Notes: a model not told the origin generated them from the letters alone. Counted from the first letter of the stretch, positions 13,101-24,486 are shown. The stretch: DNA of 64,000 nucleotides from Ramazzottius varieornatus (GCA_001949185.1 BDGG01000002.1:248001-312000); one strand, 5' to 3'. Numbers and translations are program-made.

Positions 13101-14145
13101 AAAAAGGAAAAGAACAGCATACCTGCTTGAGGGTACGACACCAATCAGCGGAAGCCTACCGACAGGCTCTCCCAACGCACGTCGCTGGATTTCTTCCTCG
13201 CGTACAACGTCTCCCCACATGCGACTAAGTCCATAGTACAAGCCGTCATCAAAGATCCCCAGGCGCAGCGTGTTGATAAGCTAAAATGAAACACAACACT
13301 GGTTTTTCGTCACTGCTGTCTTCTCGTCACCTGTTGATCGCACTGCCATAGTGCGTGCTATGGCCCCGGGGGGACTAGTGTCACAGCGGGCGCCGTTCCA
13401 GTTACACATTTTCTGGTGGAGAATATGACGTCATGACCTAGTCTGAACTTCATTTTGGATAGCTAAACGTTCCGAATGTTCGCCTCGTTCTGTTGATTGA
13501 TGCCCAGCTGACTGCACAGCCCGTTTTGTATTTGACAACGTGGTCTACCAATTCGACGGTCCAACGTCGAATGGCGTGCTGTGTTATGTACAAAGGCCGA
13601 GCGCATTCCATCACGCACCTACAAAAACTGCACAGTGTGCAGTACCGAACAGAGGTTCTTGGATGATTTTGGCCTGTCCTTGGACACTACAAACCGTGTA
13701 TCTTGTCTCCACCAAATATTCGACACGCTGTGACACTTGTCTCAGCGCGGCAGCGAACGAGCAGCGAAGCAGCCAGCTGTTCGGACGCACTCTGGCACTG
13801 CGGGACCCATAAAACTGGAACTCTTGTTAACTGTACTGTACCTTGATGAAGCCTCCTTGGAGGGCTGATCGATAGTCATCCCGTCGCCATTGACCATAGC
13901 TGGTGTTCCCAGTAATGAAAGTGATCAATACATCGGGATTGTATCGGAACCATGACTCTCCAGCTCCGCTCCGTGGGGAAACTGCCTCCCGTGCTGCGGC
14001 GACTGCTCCACTGACGTCCGAGGCACGAAGGACGGGCTTTCTCTGCAAAGACACACAAGCGGTATAGCTGAACTAATCGTTCTTCCCACAAGCTGTAGGA
14101 GAAGGGATCTGGAAACCGTTCTCGTAATCTCGTTTATAGATAAAA
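4133..14145 (-). CDS. TRPM2-like cation channel with C-terminal NUDT9-homology domain, paralog A (multi-exon; 5' end uncertain)
   Basis: MHR/SLOG-like exons (PIVIMEGCGGLGNIL), AVLFNRP, WSAPVVRF pre-S1, S5-pore-S6, TRP box VWKYHR, and NUDT9-H motifs RNPFGRTGLRGRG..GPNH and YRGYLD...NTDNAWME. The last exon ends QQSSEA* at 4133. Confidence 0.9.
4740..4820. repeat. N27 element, degenerate/interrupted unit, TRPM-A intron
   Basis: TAAGTGGCGCA followed by a longer spacer and ATGCCACT. Confidence 0.5.
6590..6690. repeat. N27 element (1.5 units), TRPM-A intron
   Basis: AAGTGGCGCA-N27-TGCGTCACTTGG. Confidence 0.8.
7540..7716. repeat. N27 element dimer, TRPM-A intron
   Basis: Two units, both with 27-nt spacers. 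Confidence 0.85.
8415..8583. repeat. N27 element dimer (second unit partly deleted), TRPM-A intron
   Basis: AAGTGGCGCA-N27-TGCGCCACTTGG, then AAGCGGCGCA. Confidence 0.85.
9025..9198. repeat. N27 element dimer, TRPM-A intron
   Basis: Spacers of 27 and 32 nt. Confidence 0.85.
9488..11155 (+). mobile_element. Tc1-family DNA transposon inside an intron of TRPM paralog A
   Basis: TA on both flanks (9486-87, 11156-57). The 28-bp TIR CAGTCACGGTCATGG(G/A)TCATGGGCACCC has 1 mismatch and extends imperfectly to about 50 bp. It contains a DD34E transposase. Confidence 0.95.
9858..10886 (+). pseudogene. Tc1 DD34E transposase with a single in-frame stop (TAA 10092-10094)
   Basis: HTH N-terminus (MSSSRSEH...LPRTTVQNMIKK) is in frame with the 10134-10886 ORF. 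Motifs WSDETK, QQDNDSKH and SPDLNPIEHLW are present, with 34 residues between the second D and the E. Confidence 0.9.
12005..12165. repeat. N27 element dimer, TRPM-A intron
   Basis: The first spacer, CGCTTTCAGTCAATATCGCTGAAAACG, is near consensus. Confidence 0.8.
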
Positions 14146-14565
14146 CTAAATCCGCCCTAACAAAGACATGCGACAAAAAGAGTCAAAGACGATGCTACAG
14201 TCTTGTGCTGTTTCACAGCACCATCGATCAAGATATGATAATTGTTGTTGAACCAAGACTGATGACGACAACGGAACCGCTCACATCATCGCGGTTATAT
14301 CAGAGAGTGCTCTCTGTCGTCGTCCAGGATATTTCAACTGGACAGCCCATGAGACAATCAGTTGATTTTGTCTACCTTTTCCAGCTTTTGTAGTTTTGTA
14401 CCAGCGCAGTGCCATGCGTACAGCACTTCTTCGGAATCCAGATTCTCGATCTTCTTCCTCAATTTTTCTGCAATCCTTGTGTTTTCAAACTTTCTTCACG
14501 ACCTTCGATGACCACCTAGTGAATACTTATAGATCACACCTGTGCACATTAGGCTCTAGAAAAGA

Positions 14566-15228
14566 ATGTCGACTGGGACATTCGACCCCGAGGAGTTGGA
14601 ATTCCTGGCTGAAGAGACGATGGTGACCATCATTCCCAGCGCTCGCTACCCTCTCTTCTACATGCTGGGTGGCGATGTGGGACCTATGGAGCCGTCCATC
14701 CCTGTCCCAGTGCCCCTCTGGCTAGCCGTTCACATGCGCCAGCGCAAGCAGTGTCGACTGGTGGTGCCCGACTGGCTGGCGGTCGAGCCTCTCCTCAAGT
14801 TGAAAGAGGACGAGAACAACTCCCCTGTCTTCACTTCCATGCCCACCAAGCACTATATCGAAATCTCTCAGGTCATCCTCGAGAGTTTCGGCGATGAGAT
14901 ACCTCACAGTAACGACATACGTAGGCTGACTAAGGACATTCTGGACCTGAGGCTGGCCAAGCTGCGGGCTTCGGTGGACGCCTTCATCAAGGGATCCAAC
15001 GTTTACGCCAAGGTGGACAACATCACAGAAGTCGAGCTGTGCTCACTGAGGAATCTGCTGACCAGAGGAGTGGACCAGCTGGATATGCTGAGATCGGCGG
15101 GGACGTATCGAGCACCTGTCGCAGCAGCCACTGTTGAGGATAGCACGACATTGTCGACGAATCCTGGCTCGGCTGTTCGCTCCTCACGACTCTTTTCTTC
15201 TGATCGTAATACATCGGTAAACAGCTGA
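14566..15228 (+). CDS. GINS2: DNA replication GINS complex subunit Psf2 (intronless CDS)
   Basis: FDPEELEFLAEETMVTIIP...VPLWLAVHMRQRKQCRLVVPDWL...DLRLAKLR matches the Psf2 family pattern. Confidence 0.95.
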   Translation: MSTGTFDPEELEFLAEETMVTIIPSARYPLFYMLGGDVGPMEPSIPVPVPLWLAVHMRQRKQCRLVVPDWLAVEPLLKLKEDENNSPVFTSMPTKHYIEISQVILESFGDEIPHSNDIRRLTKDILDLRLAKLRASVDAFIKGSNVYAKVDNITEVELCSLRNLLTRGVDQLDMLRSAGTYRAPVAAATVEDSTTLSTNPGSAVRSSRLFSSDRNTSVNS

Positions 15229-15448
15229 CACCTTTCCAAACAACGTGCCATTATCCTCCCTATTTTGGCAACTTAGTTTTTTTTGTGTGAAGAGTACTTT
15301 GAAGGAAGTTGGAGAGAAAATCCGAAAATGGACTCGGATTATTTTCGTACGGTACTGAAGGCTTCTGGTTAGCAATCAATCAGCGCAATTTTCCTAATTA
15401 TCTACATTTTGACTCTAGCTGTAGGACTGTCGGATGCGGTGATGTAAG

Positions 15449-15745
15449 TCAGAATCCTGCGGGCTCACCAGATCTCCTGAAAACTTTCTTTGCACCCTGA
15501 TCGATCCCGTCGTTATCATGGTCATGTACTGAACTTCAGGAGGAAAAATTAATTTTTCTGGCATAAGAGATAACGGAAGGAGACAGTACCTTGTCCAGGA
15601 CAGCTGGAGAATTGGCTTTCAGGATTCCATTTCCGTCTGGAGCTTCTTTCTCCCCGAGACGTTCAGCCAGTTGCAGATAGTCCGAAGCATAGCCATTCCC
15701 GTAAGTTACTTCCTGGTGATTGTGAGTCTTGGTCACAGGGAGCAT
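15449..15745 (-). CDS. Possible small two-exon protein of unknown function
   Basis: MLPVTKTHNHQE...AVLDK, then a GT donor and AG acceptor in phase, then GAKKVFRRSGEPAGF*. A TATA-like box lies upstream on the same strand (16286-16292). No recognised homology. Confidence 0.25.
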
Positions 15746-16566
15746 GATGGGCTGAAGTCCCTTACATGCGCATTCAGAACAGTTATAGTTGTCGTGTATA
15801 TTACTCAATTTGCATGCTGGTAGAACAGTAGCAAATCTTCTAGACTACTTCCAGTTTAACAAACGTTTTCGTGGCCGAAACACAACTTGAAAATTTTTTG
15901 TGAAAGTCTTTTACAGCCGGAAGCTATTAAGATTACTTGGACAGAGGCGGTTGTCGCGAGCCCGGAGGCTTTGGCTTGATTCGACAGCTTTTAAAAAGTC
16001 TATGCCGGTCTGTTCGTCAGAGGACGACAGAAGCCACTGCTCCGAAGTTTACCTAACTTGATGACTAGCCAGAGAAGAAAATCGAAACTGGATAGCGGCT
16101 CAGCTGAAATGTGGCGCTGCGTTTTACGGGCCCGCAGGTGAGTCCGAGGTCCTCGGCTCTTACGGATCAGCCTCAGGCTACGAGTCAGATGGGCCGTGGG
16201 CAGAGTAAGCTGTCACCTGACTCAAACCCGGCATATGGGCCGGCGAGCGAGTTCGCAGTTCATGTATGACTCCTGCCCTCACGTATTTTATACTATCAAC
16301 ATTATGACGGCTGGAGGCGGAGTCATCGTTCAGAATTTGTCAGTTTCTTTGACCGGCATTTCATGACGTCAGACCTGACTTATTCTGCCCACTGCCCAGT
16401 TGATACAGTAGCAGCATGGTACAGTACAGGCGCTCGTCGACACGAACATACCACAGTCAACGTGAAGAACCGAGTAGTCAGCGTAGCGGAAGAAAAATTA
16501 AATTGGCCATTGAGCAAATCTACAGCCTTGGTTTCAGTCTGGGTTTTGTTGTATAGCAGCTGTGTG

Positions 16567-19500
16567 TTAGGCCTTGAGGGATCGAATGATGGTCGCGTCG
16601 AGTTGCGACAGTCCGCTCAGGTCTGCAGTTTCCGCATTCCTCCATCGATACCCCTGTAAAGTGCCAGCTTACAGTGCGATCAGATGGACCATGGCTGATC
16701 CAACAGCAAAAATCTTACGGAGCTTTGGTCCAGTTGCACAAGCGGCACATCGATTCTCAAGATCAAAGCTTCTGTCCAGGCGTTATCGGTATTGACTGGA
16801 GAGTCCAGATAGCCGCGGTACAGTTCCCGGACACGAACCGGCGGCACTGTTTTCCCTTGAGTCTCGCGGTCTTTCTGCCATTGCCTTTGCAGCAGTTTCG
16901 GAATAGTCTAATTATTTCAACAACTTGTTAACTTAGTGGAGGCCCAAAACGTGGGACAGATTGACGTTCCTCACCCTGGCTAGGCTTTCTTCCGACGTGA
17001 TCAAATCTGGATCGAAGTCGGCCTCTGTGCTCGAGTCCGTCTCGTTGAATATCGAATCGATTAAGACAGCCGCTACGGCGTACTCCGAATAGTAGTGGCA
17101 CAGAGGTACCTGCAGAACGACCCGCTGAAAAACCCAGCCAATCCTGTCAAGTCGTGCAGGGAAGTGAAGTTAGGTACCATACATGAGGAAGAGACTGCAA
17201 AGCGCTTTGGATGATGAAGCGGAGAGTCTGCTTCACACTGTGGCAAGTGATGGCCACAATGATGCGGTGGTTGGGTCCGTATCGGCTGTTATGACCCCGT
17301 CCGCCTAAGCCCGTTCTGCCTCTCGGATTCCTGGGCAATGTTGAAAAAAACAGTCCTGTTACGTCATACGCGGCAGCCGAACAAACAACTTGATGACATT
17401 GTTTCCCACCAGCGGCGCACCTTCTCGGTGTGACCAACTGGAAACTGCGTCACTTGGAAAACCGATCTTATCGAGTTTGATTGGCTTTCCAGGTGGCGCA
17501 TAGTCTAACTGTGAATGACTGAGAAGTTGCGCCAGCTGAGAGAGCTTTCGCGCGACGCTGCCTGGTACAATCAAACGAGCTCTTTGCTTACAGAGGGAGG
17601 TTGTTGGCGTCGATGCGGTAGTAGACAGGTCGGCCATCTTGGTCCAGGACCCACGACTTGCGATATATAGCAGAGCCGTCGTTATACTGGATGGTGTTCC
17701 ATTCGGCCTCGTCATGCTCACTGGCGCTACGGCGGAAGTGGGCCCTTCCTGCTTGATTGTCGTGCTCCCGGTCAACAAAGTCCTGCTCTTCCGGGGTGAA
17801 ATCACTTAGAGGTTTGTTGAACGTCTGTGGAGCGTACTGATCGTAGGCGACTGACCAGTCGACTTTCTCGTCGGGCACATAGCAACGGCGGATGCTCGTG
17901 TCGGGATAGACGGTTCCGCGGCTCTGGATGAAAGGTATCGGATCGAGGACCTCGTGCAAATGAACCACTGCTCCCCCACCTCCAGCTTCTACGGCGATGA
18001 CGTCGGTCAAGTATTATGTCATCGCCAATTGCGCACCACGTCCTTGTCATTTTTCCATTATTCATCTTAGAGGACGTAAAGCGCCATCTACCTTTCGGCC
18101 GATACTGAATTTGGCTCAACAACTGCTTGCTTTGTACTTCTCAGGGACTAAGCGCAATATTCGCAACACACCGACAGAACCAAGCTGTAACACATAGGTA
18201 TTCCTGCGTTACGTCCTCTGTACTTCACTTCTGATACGAATCGGAAGAGGTGCGCGGATTGAAAGAGAAAGAGGGTAACTAAGCAAGGACAAAGAAGTTC
18301 TCAAGAGTAAAGGTTGTACACTAGGCAAATTGCCTCCATATTGATTAACCTTCTTCACGCTGGATGAACCTGGCAGTGTTCTGGACGTGGCTGTGAGCAT
18401 CCTTCGCGTTGTCATCCAGGGCGGACAGCTTCTTGTCCATCTCCTTGACTTTGGCCAGTAGACTCTGCACATCACCTTTAATGGTGCCCAGCCTGCAAAA
18501 TGACAAAGTGCTGCCCAGTAATCTCTCATAAAGTTTCTGGTCTACACCTGCCACGCCGTCTCCTTCTGGAGTTCAGCAGTGTAGCGCTGAATGTCTCTCT
18601 TACAGGGCATTTTGCTGTTTGGGGATGCCTTGGGCAGCAGCTTGCTGGCTCTTTTGTGTCAAGTACAGGTTGGCTTTGTGCTTCCAGTAGATGAAGGTGT
18701 CCATCTTGACATCCGACTCCACGTCTAACGGTGCAAGCTACCAATCACAGTACTCAAGGTGTAACGACGACACAAACAGGCAAGAATATTGTGGGCTGGC
18801 CTTACCTCTTGTATGCGGTGGCCTTTGTTGGTCACAAAGTACTGGACAATGGTCCATAGGTTGCCGATGATGCTGAGGGGGAAGGGCAGGATGGAGCGCA
18901 AGTGGTACTCCAAAAGGAGCTTGAAGCGATAGTAACTCCATACCAGGTCGACCTTCGGCCGTTCCGCCATCATGCGAAAACTGTAACAGGCCATAGGTCA
19001 AAAGACGTGCCGTTGACTCGATAAAGCCGTTTTTGCTAAGTGGCGCACGCCTTCAAATAGTATTACAGTAAACATGCGCCACTTGGGGAAACTATCTTGT
19101 CGAGATACGAAAGGCACAAGACAAGTAACAAACAGACGAAACTGAGCTTACATGAAAAAGACCATCAGGATGACCATCATGCCCAGTTTGAGGAGAAAGT
19201 AGTACTGGATGACGAAGAAGTAGGACCAGAAGGAGACGGTGTTGCAGGTGTAGTCGGTGTAATCGCCCAGCCAGCAGCGGTCCACCGGGTAAGCCGTGTT
19301 GGGCTGCGTAAAGTTGTTGTAGTTGATTCTACTGGTCCGTTCGCATTGCGGGTTACTACGACAAGGGGCCGGTCATTAGGCACTTCAACGCGGCATGACA
19401 TGAAGTATCGGCCATAAAACCCTACTATTCAAGTTCGTTATAGAATGCTCCGAAGATGGTGAAAGTCGACCGGTAGAAGGCTCGTCGCCAGTCTTCTCCT

Positions 19501-22500
19501 GTGAAGGGATAATCTGGGGTGATCAAGGCTTGCCAGATGACTCCCGTCGACACCTACAACGCAACTGTCATGTTTGAAGCTCAGATCGCAGTTTCAAATT
19601 TAGGCAAGCAAGCTGGACAAGGCGCTTTTTCTGAACGACTACATCTCAGCACCTAACAGTGCAAATATGCTCCACTTGAACAACAGGGTGACTGGACCAG
19701 ATGTGACTTCCCAGGTGGCGCACGCTTCCGGCTGACAGCACTGAAAACGTGCGTCACTTGCAGAACAAAAATTCGACATTTCTGACTCCCCTCGCGTCTA
19801 CTGATAGTCCTTGACACTTACGAAGAGAGGAGTCATCAGGATGAGCCACTTGGTGACGTCTTTCCTCCACATGACATTCATGAGGCGGGTGAATGGTCCG
19901 ATCATGCGGTTGATGGGGTAAAACTTGGTCCAGATGCTGTAGTAGTAGTACATGACACCTGCCGAAACAATAAAGGGATGCGCTGCACCGTCAAACTGAA
20001 TGATAAAACCGGAAGATAGATGTTGGCACCTACCGAAAGCCAGGATGACTCGCCCTGTGAAGGGGTGCTCGTAGCGGAAAGGCGCGATGCGGTACAGGAA
20101 GAATATGATGATCCACACAGTTTGAAAGAGAATGTCGACGGCGCGAAGAGTCCAGCCGACACGGCTGTGCTTCAACAGGATATCTCCAATCGTCCTACAG
20201 AAAACACGTTCCCATCAACCAGCAGCTCGGCATACAAACTCGACGTAACCCTCGATCAGATGGCGCATATTCTCAGCCCCCAACAGTCATAACGTGCGCC
20301 ACTTGAAAAAACCATCTTCTCGAGTTTGACTGTTCTCCCAACTGGCGCAACGTTCTCAAGGGGTTTTGGCTGGAAGCTTGCGCCATCTGCAAAAACGATC
20401 TTGATCAGTTTGATTGCCTAGAGAACTCAAGCTAGAAACAATCGCAGAAAAATGGTTTCATCATACGATACATCGCCTAGGCCGATCCAGAAATTTAGGC
20501 AGTGAAATGTGAAATGTTTGGATACTCGTAAGGCAGCTTCTTACCGAGTGACCAGTTCCAGCCAAATGAGGACGGTGATGATGAAGACGGCGATGTCCAC
20601 GCCAATGTTGGTGCAGGACGGCAACATCATGTCGACACCGAGGACGACGAGAAAGGCGAGGTAGATGAGGAACCAGGTGGTGAACTTGACGATGGGCGCG
20701 CTCCAGACAGTCAAGAGCATGGCCGGCAGCGAAGGGCGGTATTCCTTCTGCTTCTTGGCTTGACCACGCTCGTATGATAGATTTGTTCGATCGAGTGCAG
20801 CCAGGTGAGACTTCTTCTCTTCCAGTGACCGTGGCTCATGAAGGTACTCGTCCTCTGCAATAAACATGACACGACATCAGTCAACGGAAGATGGTCTATG
20901 CGCAAGGCTTCATACACCGACCTTTGACTCCGCCAAAGCGGGAGCCACCTTTGCCTTCTTCTCGCTGGCTGGGGAAGCTGAGCCAGAAGAACATGGGAAA
21001 GATGAGGTAGGCCGATAACAGCAGCTTCAACGTGGGCAGAGAGCCCTTCACCCGCACAAAGTTGAAGCTGAACTGATCCAGCCACGTCTACCACAAACCG
21101 ACTCGTATAGGAAAGACCAAGAGAACAAAACAACAGCTCCACCGACACGGGAGAACGGGTATTCAAGTGGCGCATCTCCCCACTACTTCGCATCGGAAAC
21201 GTGCGCCACTTTCATGAAATATCTTAGCAAGCTTGTTTCCTCAAGTGGCGCAATTTTGCACTGCTGTTGGCTAGAAGCATGCGCCACCCGAGAAAGTGTT
21301 CTTGGCGGCTTCCTGTACCTGAATGGTTTGGTGGCCGATGAACTTTTTGTTACGTGCATCGAAGGCCATTTCTAGGGTTGTCTTGTTGTTGGCCTCTGCC
21401 ACTCCACGCAGAAAGAATGAGCGCGCTCGGAGGGGCGATTCCTTGATACCTGAAGACAAAGGCGTATGCAAGAAAGGGGGCCGGAAGTCGATTTGTAATG
21501 TTTACCCAAGTCAAGGATGTCGGTGGCGATAGCACCGAATTCGTCAGCCTGCTTCTTCAAGCGGTCGTGGAGCTCTTCGTTGTTGATGTGGCGGTAGATG
21601 CCGCGGTATAGCGACTCGATGATGACGCAAAGGGGGATAGGGTCGGAGGCGTACTTCAGCAGGACCTTGAGAAGCGCGGGTCGGTGGAACAAAACACCGA
21701 AGACCACCAAAGCTCGTAGCGACTATCAAACGGGACGTATGCATTTTACCGATACGCACAAGCAGCTAGATTTGAAAAGAAATTCAGGCTAATGAATTTG
21801 TACATTAGCATCGGCTAAGACGGGATCGGCGACTGTGTCATCTCGTGTCAGAGCAATCCGCGACATTTCATGGAGGTCCAAAAAGTTCTTGATGCCGGTC
21901 AGCTGTTGGATCAAAGGGTTAAGTTCCCTCAGAATGAAGTCTTCACGGACGGGCTCGGCTGAAAATGAAGAATTTAAGCGAGTGTGCAACCCATCCCTAG
22001 AAAAACAGCGTGATTGAAACTAGAAGTTACTGATTTTTACTTTGACTGTGGCCCAAGATATTATCCCAAATGTAGCTCACGAAGAGGTCGCGACCATTGG
22101 CTTTTTGAAAGAGGAGCAGTAGATCCAAGTGCGAAGTGAAAAAGCGCAGCGGGAACTTTTGCCGAAGCAGCAGGTCGACGAAAGCCTCGCGGTTGGGCGC
22201 CATCAGCGCCGACAACATGGCCGAGTACGGCACCTGCTCAGCAATAAGAAAATAAGACAAGAGATTGTTCGGGCTCCTTATCAAGAGAGGTGCACCAAAG
22301 AAGATGAAGAAATCCATACTTTCGCCGGAAGTTTGTTCCATGGTGAACAATCCAGCAACAAGGAGCTGGCAACTTCCGGTTGGTTTAACTGGATGCACAG
22401 TTTGAAGTTACGGTTGGCTTGGTCCGGTGTGGCATCTGCAGTAGAAAACAAGAAACATTTAGAAGCAGGAGCCGGCAATATTATCCAACTGAGTTTCGAT

Positions 22501-24155
22501 TACAGTACTTTTCTCAGCAGAGCTGTTGATTAGAGCTTGCAACAAAGTTTTATCCAGCGATGTGAAAGTGTCCAAACGGCTGCAGTCTGCCACGTACAGC
22601 AGTTTCCCTTCCTTGCCGGCGCCAGCTTCTACTATCTCAAGTATTTTATCGACATAGTCAAACTTCATCCCTTCGTTGGCTTGAAGCTCCGGAAAGGATC
22701 TGGCAAGGCGAGTAGCCAGGCTGCTGCGGGTGCGGCGCCGGTCCGGCTCAGCACTAAAAATGTTCCAACCGACTCAGGGTAATACTAGACCAAACCGTCC
22801 CACCAAGCAGCGCACGCGATCAGCTGATAACTCCACCAACATGCGCCACAGAGGAAAACAATCAAACTGGGCAAGATCGTTTTGCCAAGTGCTGCATGCT
22901 TCCAGCCATCAACACTGTCAACACTGCCAACACTTGCCATCTTGTCGAGCTTATTGGCCGATCTTCCGGTTACACCACAACTTCAATATTCAACGTACTT
23001 TGACCTTATGTACACAAATACAAGCCGAGAGTACCTGTTGCTGACAGCGAACGCAAGGATGTCTGCCATGCCGCCGCATTTGTCCATGACGACGACAGGA
23101 GTGCGCAGTTGGACGTAGGCCCGAATGCGGTCGAGCTCGTCGAGCTCCCCTTGGAAGAAGAAGATGATGTGCGGAACGAACGGCACTGCTCCATCGTGAA
23201 CTATTGAAAGACAGCTCAAGGATAAGTGACGTACTAGTACAATGATACAAAACAGCAAAGCATGGCAAGAGTTGTCATATACCCACCGTCACCTTCGCTT
23301 TCGGCCAGTCGAGCCCCCAATTCGTTCTGCAGCTGCTTCTCAATGTCGACGCGAAGGAAACCGGCGTCATCGTACTTCTTGTCCAACAGCAGGTAGTGCG
23401 AGCGGTAAGGACTGATACCGAAGCCGCTGTTCTCCGTGATTCCCGGAGTGGGAACAACCTTCACGGCGATCTCGGTAGTTCCTGCTTCGTTCTGCAACAA
23501 AAGCAGGACAGAGTCTGACAGACCATCAACAAGATAAGCAGGAAGGACAATCAACCGCACGGTGTATTTGTGCCGGCACACTTACCAAGTTTCCAGTTCT
23601 GGCTATTCCAGTTCGCTCCGCGACTCTGGTCAAGGGAACAAAGCCAATGTACTGGACGAAAGGTTTTCTGTGTCCCTGCTGAATTTGGCTGTCGATCAAG
23701 TAGTCGCGGAACATTTCCTCCCGTTTAGCTGCGGTGGCCACCAGCCGCGAAATGCCATAATCCAGGCCATCGTCGATGACCAAGAGGTCCAGATTGCCCA
23801 GGAGCTATTCATCATCTATTAGTAGGACACTTTGGTAAAAGCAGGTTCGATGGAAACTTACGTTTATGAAGCCCGTCTGGAATTCAGATCGAAAGTCGTC
23901 CCGTTTCCATGAGCGGAAGTTCTGTGTGCCGGAAACAAAGGAAACGATGGCGTCAGGCACACGTTCAACCCAGCGTCGTGACATGTCCAAAGCCAACTCC
24001 GGCCCGTTGATATCATCTGTGGCCAGGAGAAAGGCTTTTCGCTGCAAGACAGAAAGCAGATGGTTTGATCCAGCATAGACATGATCCTGAACGGTGTACT
24101 TCTGGCACGCGCAAGAGACCAACTTTCGGTCCAGTTCCCGCGAAAACTCTCCAAA
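16567..24155 (-). CDS. TRPM2-like cation channel with C-terminal NUDT9-homology domain, paralog B (multi-exon; 5' end uncertain)
   Basis: Colinear with paralog A: FQGELDELDRIRAY, VLFHRP, WSAPIVKF, TRP box VWSYYRF, RNPRGRTGLGGRG..YGPNH, YRGYLDSPVNTDNAWTE. The last exon ends IIRSLKA* at 16567. Confidence 0.9.
17390..17545. repeat. N27 element dimer, TRPM-B intron
   Basis: Spacers of 26 and 27 nt; junction CGATCTTATCGAGTTTG. Confidence 0.8.
19015..19105. repeat. N27 element monomer, TRPM-B intron
   Basis: CTCGATAAAG..TAAGTGGCGCA-N27-TGCGCCACTTGG..ATCTTGTCGAG. Confidence 0.85.
19610..19780. repeat. N27 element dimer (first unit degenerate), TRPM-B intron
   Basis: CAGGTGGCGCA-N27-TGCGTCACTTG. 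Confidence 0.8.
20235..20412. repeat. N27 element dimer, TRPM-B intron
   Basis: Spacers of 27 and 29 nt. Confidence 0.85.
21140..21300. repeat. N27 element dimer, TRPM-B intron
   Basis: Two TCAAGTGGCGCA-N27-TGCGCCAC units. Confidence 0.85.
22785..22950. repeat. N27 element dimer (second unit degenerate), TRPM-B intron
   Basis: AAGCAGCGCA-N27-TGCGCCAC; junction CAAACTGGGCAAGATCG. Confidence 0.7.
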
Positions 24156-24320
24156 CCTTCACAGAATTTCTTACCAGGATAAACCTTCACACCGAGAAAA
24201 AACGTTTTATTCAGTATCCAGACACTGCGACAAACCAATCGCTGATACACAACACGATGTCTTCTGTTGAGTGAAACACGTTCGAAGAACGGGAACAAAA
24301 GTGTATCGGTAAATTCGGCA

Positions 24321-24486
24321 CACGCGCCTGACCCAAATGGGGGCATGGACAAAACTGTGAGCAGCGGAGCCAATGCGGCACGGGCCAGCTAAGCCTGTCC
24401 AATCAAATGAATCAATCGGAGCAACCTCGCTTTCGCTCCGCTGCTAACAGTTCTGTCCATGCCCACAGTTAGGCCACGCGTGTTTA
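24321..24486. mobile_element. Foldback/MITE-like inverted repeat upstream of TRPM paralog B
   Basis: Left arm GGGCATGGACAAAACTGTGAGCAGCGGAGC pairs with right arm GCTCCGCTGCTAACAGTTCTGTCCATGCCC and extends imperfectly outward. No clear TSD. Confidence 0.6.

Noticed and set aside
13339-13802. Possible old transposon in the long TRPM-A intron (18-bp imperfect inverted ends)
   Set aside because: There is no TSD and the match is short, so it cannot be supported without a genome search.
7540-22950. Elements in equivalent introns of both TRPM paralogs (7540/20235 and 12005/22785) as proof that they predate the duplication
   Set aside because: With 6 occupied introns out of roughly 20 in each gene, about two coincidences are expected by chance.
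4133-24155. N27 element as an introner that creates the introns it sits in
   Set aside because: The elements lie internally, away from splice sites, and in most cases the positionally equivalent intron in the other TRPM paralog exists without the element.
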